Source: a virus (lineage: Duplodnaviria > Caudoviricetes). From it: 36,031 nt of DNA. The stretch covers positions 1-36,031 of IMG/VR virus record IMGVR_UViG_3300025119_000013; one strand, 5' to 3'. Every line of letters starts with the position of its first letter. The first letter of the stretch is position 1. Below the pieces are notes generated by a model, which made no database searches, was not told the origin of the DNA, and worked only from the letters and a program-made list of their open reading frames with translations. Position numbers and translations under genes: made by a program. Below, piece by piece: positions 16,142-23,512 of this stretch.

Positions 16142-16389
16142 CGCTGACCACGATCGAGGTGAAAGCCTTCGGTGACATCGTGCAGGCCATCCGGCTCAAG
16201 CTGCCGAAGGCCAACGGGTCACCGGCCCCCGCCACCAACGGGACCAAGGCCAAGTCCGAGACCGTCACAGAGTTCTGGGCCGAGGTCAAGCGCCACGGCC
16301 TCAGCACGGACGAGGGCAAGCGGGCGCTCCAGGAATGTGGGAACGACTTTGCGGTCGCGCTTGCCCGCCTCCAAGGGGATGGGAAATGA
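16084..16389 (+). pseudogene. Fragment of a phage ssDNA-binding/recombination-type gene ending in a second copy of the UBA-like tail (could be re-started at GTG 16138)
   Basis: ALVEAYGD / frameshift / DQWTGKPVTLTTIEVKAFGDIVQAIRL; C-terminus paralogous to 14846-14989. Confidence 0.5.
16243..16375 (+). repeat. Diverged duplicate of ~14846-14978
   Basis: Shared ACCAAGGCCAAGTCCGAGACCGTCAC and GGCCTCAGCACGGACGAGGG blocks; protein TKAKSETVTEFW...GLSTDEGKRAL.EC..DF..AL. Confidence 0.9.
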
Positions 16390-16562
16390 TTCTCTACACC
16401 ACCCTCGCCCTCCTGCGCCAACACAACGCCTGCGCCGACCGATACGCGCACCTCAAGCGCGCCCTGGGAAAGTACGGCGACGATAAGCCGATCCGGCCGT
16501 TGCCGGCATGGTGCTGGTGCTCGCTCATGGGCCCTGGCCTTCTCTGCTCCACGGAGTATTGA
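16386..16562 (+). CDS. Short, possibly truncated phage protein
   Basis: MILYTTLALLRQHNACADRYAHLKRALGKYGDDKPI followed by apparently unrelated sequence; ATGA-coupled start. Confidence 0.45.
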   Translation: MILYTTLALLRQHNACADRYAHLKRALGKYGDDKPIRPLPAWCWCSLMGPGLLCSTEY

Positions 16563-16867
16563 TGATGTTCAACACGGTGCCAAAGAATGTCACGCCAACC
16601 GACCCCGCGGCTTGTGCTCATATCCACGTTGCTTGGCGTGCAAAGGCGCTTAGTGACGGATCGTATCTGGGCACCTGGGCGTGCGTGACTTGCGAGACCG
16701 AGTTTGTTCCCATGCCCGCCCTCGAAGCCGAGGTCGCGGAGTTGCGGGTAGAACTGGCATTGCAGACAGAACACAGTATTACCTCATGGCTGGTGGACGC
16801 GCTTCTCCAACGCGGCTTCAAGGTTGAACTTCCATATCCGCCCGCCCCGGAGGCGAGGGGTGAATGA
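16562..16867 (+). CDS. Hypothetical protein (CxH...CxxC)
   Basis: GGAG RBS; TGATG coupling. Confidence 0.6.
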   Translation: MMFNTVPKNVTPTDPAACAHIHVAWRAKALSDGSYLGTWACVTCETEFVPMPALEAEVAELRVELALQTEHSITSWLVDALLQRGFKVELPYPPAPEARGE

Positions 16868-17030
16868 CATTCAGTTAGCTGCGATTGCGATGGGGATTGA
16901 CCCGCCACTCTTCCCCTCTGTTGCCCATCTGACATGCGTCGGATGCGGGAAGCTGATTGAGGGGGAGGCGTACGACACAAACGAGGGATGGCTGTGTGCT
17001 GAGTGTGCTGTCCCGGAGGTGAAGCCATGA
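16860..17030 (+). CDS. Small zinc-finger protein
   Basis: CVGCGKLIEGEAY...LCAEC. Confidence 0.6.
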   Translation: MNDIQLAAIAMGIDPPLFPSVAHLTCVGCGKLIEGEAYDTNEGWLCAECAVPEVKP

Positions 17031-17365
17031 TCGTCGTTTGGTTACAGGCCCTGCGGACGAGGCTCTTGAGGGCGCTCTTTGGCGTCAATGGCGTGGTGGA
17101 GATCGAGCGAGGCTCGACGCTGATCGTTGAGCGCAACGGTCGTCCCCTGGCCGAGGCGGAAAAGGCAAGGCTTGCGATGCTCGCGGTCCGAGCCGGGGTG
17201 AATGTGGTTGTGCTCGAGGAGGTGCGCCTGCGCGGTTTCGTCCCCCCGGAGAGATTGCAGGTGATGGTCTCTCAGACAGCAGACGACCTAGCCCGGAGCT
17301 TCACTCATCACCGCCCGGACCCTACAACCCTTCCGCCAGGCCCACGAGCTCGGAGCAAGAAGTGA
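17027..17365 (+). CDS. Hypothetical protein
   Basis: GGAGGT RBS; ATGA coupling. Confidence 0.6.
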   Translation: MIVVWLQALRTRLLRALFGVNGVVEIERGSTLIVERNGRPLAEAEKARLAMLAVRAGVNVVVLEEVRLRGFVPPERLQVMVSQTADDLARSFTHHRPDPTTLPPGPRARSKK

Positions 17366-17539
17366 GTCCCTCGGCTGTCCGCAATGTCCTGACCTTGCCC
17401 ATTCTGCGGGTCTCCCCTGCCTATGCTGGCCTTATGGCGATTCGGGGAGGATGTCGTGGGGCCTATCCCAGCTGCTGCGGCGTGTTTTATGGCAGCGACG
17501 TGACGATGGTTGCAGCGCCACAGACGAGACGAGGAGCGA

Positions 17540-17865
17540 ATGACAGAGACCCGGGCAGTCTACAACGTGGGGCTCCGGATGCCTCGGCCTGATGTCGTGT
17601 TGATGGTCTCGGTTGGGCGGCCCTGGCGTTGCGCCACGGGCCAGCATGTGCTCGGCAGGTACTGCGCTCGAAGGGTGTGCGTCGGCTCCAGCTGGAGGCT
17701 GGCCACGTGATCACGGGCCCAGCACAGGTCTATTGCCCGGACTGCCATCAGCTGAGGCCGTGGCACGCGGGGGAAGATGGCTTGGCGGAGATCTTGGAGC
17801 ATCGCCGGCGCTTTGGCCGGCCCCACGGGATAGAATTGGCTGGGGAGGACCGCGATGCCAGATAG
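17540..17865 (+). pseudogene. Zinc-ribbon protein gene with a single-base frameshift near 17655
   Basis: GAGGAG RBS and ATG at 17540; WRCATGQHVLG continues in the -1 frame as QVLRSKGVRRLQLE...CPDCHQLRPWHAGEDGLAEIL. Confidence 0.55.
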
Positions 17866-18064
17866 CCTGATTGAGGGGGAGTGGTACTGGGTACGGAACG
17901 ATATTGGGAAGCCTGGCGGAGGAGACGACAACGATCCGTGGTGGCCCGCCAAGCGTATCTCGAATTCAGCTGGGGGCTGGACGAACGAGGACACATGGGA
18001 GGATTGGGATAGGAAAGTCGTGGATTGGATCCACATCTCAAGACCGCCAGGGCGGGACCGATGA
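17855..18064 (+). CDS. Small Trp-rich hypothetical protein
   Basis: GGGGAGG RBS; EGEWYWVR...WWPAKR...GGWTNEDTWEDW. Confidence 0.65.
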   Translation: MPDSLIEGEWYWVRNDIGKPGGGDDNDPWWPAKRISNSAGGWTNEDTWEDWDRKVVDWIHISRPPGRDR

Positions 18065-18140
18065 CGAGGCAAACCTGCGCGGCCTCTGCTCCTCGTGTCA
18101 TGGGACACGGCACGCGAAGGACGGCGATCGGTGGGGGTAG
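18051..18140 (+). pseudogene. C-terminal remnant of an HNH endonuclease (HK97 gp74-like)
   Basis: GGTDDEANLRGLCSSCHGTRHAKDGDRWG; no start codon with RBS and no first HNH histidine. Confidence 0.6.
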
Positions 18141-18308
18141 GGGGGGCATGCAATCTCTGGAGATTGGCGCCCCGGAAGCGCGTCCGGTCGGGACGCTCGC
18201 GCTTCAGTTCGGCGTCGGGCGAGCACAGCCCAAGAACGTGCGCCGCATGCTCGTCGGTTGGGAGCGCAACGATCACTCGCCTGGATTTTCTCATGAGATT
18301 GGGGGGCA

Positions 18309-18358
18309 GGGGCCGTATACGATATGTAGCCTGATTGCTACTTTTCGTATACGGCCCC
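18309..18358. other. 50-bp imperfect palindrome at the convergence of the two transcription directions
   Basis: GGGGCCGTATACGA-TAT-GTAGC-CTGATT-GCTAC-TTT-TCGTATACGGCCCC; a second GC hairpin follows at 18362-18383. Confidence 0.85.
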
Positions 18359-18392
18359 GCGCCCGTCGCCCGAGGGCGGCGGGGAGGATTCC

Positions 18393-18704
18393 CTAGAATC
18401 CGATCTTCTCGAAGATGGCCTTGAAGATCACCCGGTACAGAAGTTCAACCGGGCCCCAGGCTGCCAGGAGAAGGGTGAACCATGCCACGATGAACGTGGC
18501 GGGGTCTCCGGCGTAGACCGGAGCCGCTAGGCCAGCGAAGCCGCCGTTGAGGTAGACAAAGCCTACCGACAGTGCGCCGGCGATGGCCTGCACGGCGACG
18601 ATCGGAATGGGCTTGCCGATTTTCTCGGCGCCGAACTTCAGGGCCTCGACGATGATCGGAACAAGAACGAGAAACGCGATGGTCTGTAGTGGTTCGGGTA
18701 ACAT
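18393..18704 (-). CDS. Holin-like membrane protein
   Basis: About 3 hydrophobic segments, 103 aa, AAGGGAG RBS, end of the lysis cassette. Confidence 0.7.
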   Translation of the reverse strand: MLPEPLQTIAFLVLVPIIVEALKFGAEKIGKPIPIVAVQAIAGALSVGFVYLNGGFAGLAAPVYAGDPATFIVAWFTLLLAAWGPVELLYRVIFKAIFEKIGF

Positions 18705-18717
18705 GACAATCTCCCTT

Positions 18718-19074
18718 TCAGTGTGTTGCCCCGAGTAGGGCTATCAGAAGCTCCTGATTCGAAGTGGCGAGCGCAAACAGCGCCACCCAGATGACCAGGC
18801 CGGCGACGACGATGGCAGAGGCGACCTTCCAATTCAGCCAGCCCGTGCCGTGTGCCAGCTTGTCCAAGCGATGCTTGGTATTCTCATCGACCGCGATCTT
18901 CAATGTATCGTAATAACTCTTCATCTCCTTTCGGGTGCTGATGACCGCCGACAGGACCAGGCGGTTGTCCACCTTGTTGGGGAGCTGGCCCGCAACTTCC
19001 CGAAGTTCATCTAGCATCTCCCCAAGTCCGTTGTCTGGCATCGGCGTCTCTGGCGTTCGGGATCTGCGCGTCAC
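18718..19074 (-). CDS. Lysis-cassette membrane protein (coiled coil plus C-terminal TM)
   Basis: GTG overlapping the endolysin TGA; TM segment VASAIVVAGLVIWVALFALA. Confidence 0.6.
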   Translation of the reverse strand: MTRRSRTPETPMPDNGLGEMLDELREVAGQLPNKVDNRLVLSAVISTRKEMKSYYDTLKIAVDENTKHRLDKLAHGTGWLNWKVASAIVVAGLVIWVALFALATSNQELLIALLGATH

Positions 19075-19808
19075 GGATGAACTCCTCCGGCAATGTGTAG
19101 GGCCTCGAGTACGGCCACGCGATCTTCTATGGATTTCGCCGCAGGGCTTGGCGCGTGGGCGAACTGCTCGATCGGCATTAATCCAACCCAGCGATCCCAA
19201 TCCATGCTCTTGGCATCTGGCGTGAATCCTGGAGGCGGAGCGCCCTTATCTGCGGTCTGGTGGAATAGGACTCTCTCGCGCCTCACCCGAATGGGAAGCA
19301 AGACTTGGCGGGTATCCTCAACCCTGCGATCCATTCCGTACTGCGCCAGCCACCACCAGCGCATGTTGAGATCGTCAGTTGACATCGTTGCCAGATTCTT
19401 ATCGATGAGCTCCTTGCGGGAGTAGACGATGACAGCCTCGCCCTCGGCCTGCTCCAGCCGGCGGCAGACCTCTAGGAGATGCGAGGCGCTGGGGATTGAT
19501 CCATATTTCGGGCTGCGTTCATAGTCCACGGACCGCGGGAAGTGGGGCGACCTTGGTGTCTTGAGCCATAGATCGACTAGGTCCTTTGGCGAGATGTGAG
19601 CGTAAGGGAAGAACCACGAGCCCCACAGAAGGCTCTTCCTCTCGCACTGATCCGCGTACCATTGGGCCATCGGCTCGATCCACAGTCCCGACCCGAACTC
19701 GATCAGCGCGAAGCGGGGGCTCCGACTCGTTCCCGCCCACACGTCCAGAGCGTCGAAGTTGTGCTTGCCCTTGAAATATCCGCTATCGAACCCGAACTCG
19801 TACATCAC
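19071..19808 (-). CDS. Endolysin, GH25 muramidase-like
   Basis: FGFDSG (first Asp), WGSWFF, VDYE (DxE), IVYS, WWWLAQY, FHQT, MDWD. Confidence 0.8.
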   Translation of the reverse strand: MMYEFGFDSGYFKGKHNFDALDVWAGTSRSPRFALIEFGSGLWIEPMAQWYADQCERKSLLWGSWFFPYAHISPKDLVDLWLKTPRSPHFPRSVDYERSPKYGSIPSASHLLEVCRRLEQAEGEAVIVYSRKELIDKNLATMSTDDLNMRWWWLAQYGMDRRVEDTRQVLLPIRVRRERVLFHQTADKGAPPPGFTPDAKSMDWDRWVGLMPIEQFAHAPSPAAKSIEDRVAVLEALHIAGGVHP

Positions 19809-20032
19809 AGCTCCAGTCCAAGGATCGCCATCAGTTCCGGCCGGTAGGTCCTCGCTCCAAGAGCGCCGATCTTCTGGGTCCCGGTCTGCCCACTAGCGCC
19901 GACCACGGTCTTGGCGCGGTAGCCTCCCGAGCTCGTCCCACGCTTGCTCGCCGAGGAGCTGGTGACGGACTCCATGTAGATATCCCTCACCAGAGACGAG
20001 TTCTCGACTGACGCGCCAGGCTCTACGATCAT
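19805..20032 (-). CDS. Small tail-associated hypothetical protein
   Basis: Coupled on both sides. Confidence 0.55.
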   Translation of the reverse strand: MIVEPGASVENSSLVRDIYMESVTSSSASKRGTSSGGYRAKTVVGASGQTGTQKIGALGARTYRPELMAILGLEL

Positions 20033-21591
20033 CCCGCCATCTTCCGCACCAGGGATGTGAACAGACTCTCGCGGTTGGTCTCAATCCTCAGCCGTTCCTC
20101 CGTGGCCTGAACGGACTCGATGTAGAACGTCGCCGGGTTGACGATCAACGATGAATACTTGGTGGGCGTTGGAAAGCTCGGCCCGCCGGCGAAGATGAAG
20201 TTATCCGGCTTCACGTCGTGGTTGGGAACGGTCCGGCCGAGAACGTCGTGGACAAGCGTCCTGCCGGCGGCTCGGCTCTGGTAGGTGTTGTGCTGATACT
20301 TCACCAAGCGCTGGCGGAACTCTATGATCGGCGGGCCGATAGCGATAGCAAACATCCAGGCGGCAGTCGTCCGGTCGGGGTCATCTAGGTCCAGAACAAA
20401 CTCGATGGCATCTGGCGAGAAGGCCGAGTTGATGTCTCCTGCATCGGTCCAAGTGGTAGGGGCGTCCGCAGGAATGTTGTTCTGTCCCAGCCAGATAGCA
20501 TCGCGCCGGTGGAAACTGTAGGCTCCGTTGACCCCCGTCCCGGTGCCGCCGGAGAGACACAGGATACAGAAACGTTCCGCTGGTCCTGTCCCGAAGCCGA
20601 TGATGGCGTGGGATTCCTTGGCGTTGCCAGTGTCTACCACGCTCTCGGCATCAAGGGGCTGGTTCCCCCCAGCTCCAGCCCCGTTCCTGGCGTAGAGCAT
20701 CAATCCCTCTGGTGTCCATGTGAAGCCGGTCTCGCTCCAGGGAGCCGTGTCCAGGTGGAACGAGAAGTTGAATACGTGCCACCTTCCGGTCGCCACCACC
20801 GCCAGGCACTTCCTCGAGCCTGCCCGCTCCAGCCAATTCAGTTCGAATCCGTCATCGGTGAAGCCAATGAGCGTTGCCCGCGCGTTCGGGTGCTGTGGGT
20901 TGGCGGAGGCAACCGGCATCAGTGCCAAGCACTCACCGCTGCGGGAATACTCGCTTGTGAACGCGGCTCCTGCTCCACTCTGCTCCGTGTAAGCGAGCAT
21001 GGCCTGCTGGGAAGCGTCACTCCCGCTGGCAACCCCCGAGCACTCCGAGACAGCTGCCTGTGGCGTGTTGTAGGCGGTCGGGGTCGCCGACCAGAACTTG
21101 GCAAAGGTGGGTCTTAGACCAGCACCGGTATAGGCGACGACGCCCGCCGCACCCGGCTCGGTGAACTCGACGACGTTGACCTCGACGCCGGAGATGGCGA
21201 TGTACTGGACTGTGATTTCCGCGCCGAACACTTCGGTCACCTGGACGTTGAAGCCGGAGTCGGTCATCTCGCTGAAGGCGGCCCGGCCGGACGTCGTTGT
21301 GGTGTTGCTGTGGCGCACGATGCACTTGTCGTTCCAGATGCTTCCGCCAGCCCCATATGGGTCCGCAGCGTCCTGTTCGAATCGGGCGATGCAAACACTT
21401 CTTCCATTCTCGAGGATGGCCCCTTCGCCAGCGGCGAGGTTGTGATTGCTCGGTGCCCCATCATTCCCTGTCTGGTTCTTGCCGGACCAGACGAAGAACA
21501 CCACCGCCGGTCGGAAGCCCAGCGTGACGTCGCCGTACTTCGTTCCGATGACTCCGGTCCCGACCTGGAAGGTGCCCGCCTTTACGGTCAT
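20029..21591 (-). CDS. Tail/receptor-binding-type protein with repeated beta-rich modules and a hub-like C-terminal segment
   Basis: Repeated (T/L)G(F/L)xP motifs and DxGFxL/V units; position after the hub gene. Confidence 0.6.
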   Translation of the reverse strand: MTVKAGTFQVGTGVIGTKYGDVTLGFRPAVVFFVWSGKNQTGNDGAPSNHNLAAGEGAILENGRSVCIARFEQDAADPYGAGGSIWNDKCIVRHSNTTTTSGRAAFSEMTDSGFNVQVTEVFGAEITVQYIAISGVEVNVVEFTEPGAAGVVAYTGAGLRPTFAKFWSATPTAYNTPQAAVSECSGVASGSDASQQAMLAYTEQSGAGAAFTSEYSRSGECLALMPVASANPQHPNARATLIGFTDDGFELNWLERAGSRKCLAVVATGRWHVFNFSFHLDTAPWSETGFTWTPEGLMLYARNGAGAGGNQPLDAESVVDTGNAKESHAIIGFGTGPAERFCILCLSGGTGTGVNGAYSFHRRDAIWLGQNNIPADAPTTWTDAGDINSAFSPDAIEFVLDLDDPDRTTAAWMFAIAIGPPIIEFRQRLVKYQHNTYQSRAAGRTLVHDVLGRTVPNHDVKPDNFIFAGGPSFPTPTKYSSLIVNPATFYIESVQATEERLRIETNRESLFTSLVRKMAG

Positions 21592-23231
21592 CAGATACTC
21601 GGGGGCACCACGACGGGCGCCGCTTGCTTGAACACGAGCCTCCGGCCCTTGACAGACGTGGCCGTTCGGCCTCTCCCCTGGACCAGCCAGCGGTTGTTGT
21701 CGGCGTCTCCCAGGGCCGCCATGTCGTCGATGATGTCCCGAGCCTTGCGGTCAGCGTCGTATTCCTTGGTGACGTTGGTCGTGTTCGGACCGCGATCGAG
21801 GGAGGCAATGAACTCTCCCGCGCCCGACTCTGCCACGGCCTGCTGGATCATGGCGTAATCCATCCCCATACCGTCGCGGTAGAGGCGGTTGACCTCGGCG
21901 TCGGTCAGAAGGCGCTTCCAAAAGGCGACTTCATCAATCACGCCATCGAAGAATCGTTCCGAAACGGCGTAGCGCGCACCGATTGAGAATGGGCTGGCCG
22001 CGTCTGTCGGCGCGCCGGTCGTTGCAACCTCATTGTTGGTAGACGAAGCGTTGACCCGGAAGCCAACCTTGTTGTTTACCGAGTCGTGGTAGGCGTAGAC
22101 GAAATACCATACGCCGACTTGCAGTGCCGAATCAACTGAGCCGGTGTCGCCGACAACAGACCCGGCCGCGTTGTAGACTAGGAACTCCAACTTGTCATTG
22201 GCCGAATCAATGCACAATTCCCATTCGCGTTCCGTGGCATTCGCGGTCTTGCCCGCGATGGTGTAGAAACCACCAGCGACGCTTGGCAGGCTCTCTAGCT
22301 TGATCCAGGCCACGACAGAGAAATCGATGTCTCCGGTTGATAGGGATGCGGTATCGGACCTCTCAAGGTCAGAAGAATCGGCCCGCTCTAGGTCGGCCCC
22401 ATTGCCACGGATACCAGTTGCGAATCTTGGAACACCGGCAAATGTGAGATTGTTCGCGCCATGCAAATCAAAAACCGCAAAGGAAACGTCTGATGTCTGC
22501 TCCAAGTCCCACCATGCCTCGAGGTTGGTCAGCAGACTGTCCGCGTCCACGGCCCGGTAGCCGATGATGTCCCGGACCTCCGCTGTCATGGCCTGGGTCC
22601 CTGTGTTGGCAGTCTGGTTGTAGACCTGGTTCGAGAGAGTGTGGATGAAGCCGCGGCAGAACAGCTCGATGTAGGGCCGCCCGGTCCCGCCGCCGAAGTC
22701 TGCGGCCGGCTTGGGGAAGGCCCGCAGATCGAGGAAGGATTGGACCGCCTGGTCTCCGACAATGAGGCCCTGAACCTCGCCGCCGGCCAGGACCATGTCC
22801 ATGATCCCGTACTTGGCCTGACTGTCGGCGTTCTGCAGCACCGTTGTACGATCAACCGTACCGTCGCCGTTATAGTCAGCGCGCATCCAGGTTTTGTTCG
22901 CCAGTTGGTCAAGGGACTTCGTGAACCGATCGGGCGGAAGGTTGAAAATGACCTCCACCACACGCCCCTCAAAGTATTGCTTCAGCCCATAGCCCCAGAC
23001 CTCCACCATCCGGCCGATGCCGTTGGCGTAGAGCTCCTTCAACAAGTTCTCGCGCGCGTAGACCTTGAACGACGCCCCGTGGAACCATCCCTGAGCCTGC
23101 AAGTTGGGCTTGTAGTCATCGAAGTACATTTCCGCAGGGCCGACGTCCCCAATCGGTACCAGTGTCCGGGCGTAGTGCTCCCAAGCCTTGACCTTGTCCG
23201 ACCGCAGGACGATCGAGCCGATGGCGTTCAC
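21591..23231 (-). CDS. Baseplate hub/Tal-like protein with inserted LamG (ConA-like lectin) domain
   Basis: FSVVAWIK, VGVWYFVYAYHD, FSIGAR...FFDGVIDEVAFWKRLLTDAEVNRLY (LamG3 signature); GTG start overlapping the upstream TGA. Confidence 0.75.
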   Translation of the reverse strand: MNAIGSIVLRSDKVKAWEHYARTLVPIGDVGPAEMYFDDYKPNLQAQGWFHGASFKVYARENLLKELYANGIGRMVEVWGYGLKQYFEGRVVEVIFNLPPDRFTKSLDQLANKTWMRADYNGDGTVDRTTVLQNADSQAKYGIMDMVLAGGEVQGLIVGDQAVQSFLDLRAFPKPAADFGGGTGRPYIELFCRGFIHTLSNQVYNQTANTGTQAMTAEVRDIIGYRAVDADSLLTNLEAWWDLEQTSDVSFAVFDLHGANNLTFAGVPRFATGIRGNGADLERADSSDLERSDTASLSTGDIDFSVVAWIKLESLPSVAGGFYTIAGKTANATEREWELCIDSANDKLEFLVYNAAGSVVGDTGSVDSALQVGVWYFVYAYHDSVNNKVGFRVNASSTNNEVATTGAPTDAASPFSIGARYAVSERFFDGVIDEVAFWKRLLTDAEVNRLYRDGMGMDYAMIQQAVAESGAGEFIASLDRGPNTTNVTKEYDADRKARDIIDDMAALGDADNNRWLVQGRGRTATSVKGRRLVFKQAAPVVVPPSI

Positions 23232-23512
23232 GGAAGAGTCTTGCTCCACGCGTTCAGGTTGGCCTCAATAGCGGCCGCGCGCGCGATGACTGCCTCACGA
23301 TTGATGACGTCATAGTCCTCCCGAACGGCCTCGAAAACAGCGGCCTCCACCGAGGTGCGCATCTCGGAATTGGAAACGGTGAGCCCAAAGTCCTGGATGA
23401 ACTGCTTGATCGACACGGCGTCCCGCAGGATCGAGATGTCCAGGCGGAAGACATCCTCGCCTTCGGCATTCTTGACCGCGTTCACGTCAGCTTGGATGGT
23501 GTAGGTAGGCAC
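23228..23512 (-). CDS. Small tail-module protein
   Basis: Coupled between the Dit-like and hub genes. Confidence 0.65.
   Translation of the reverse strand: MPTYTIQADVNAVKNAEGEDVFRLDISILRDAVSIKQFIQDFGLTVSNSEMRTSVEAAVFEAVREDYDVINREAVIARAAAIEANLNAWSKTLP

Noticed and set aside
14846-16375. Diversity-generating retroelement TR/VR pair
   Set aside because: Mismatches between the two copies are not adenine-specific and no reverse transcriptase is present
17362-17592. 76-aa ORF
   Set aside because: No RBS or motif and it overlaps the better-supported start at 17540; may be non-coding
18309-18358. Protelomerase telRL site of a linear plasmid-prophage
   Set aside because: The centre is asymmetric rather than a perfect palindrome and no protelomerase gene is seen
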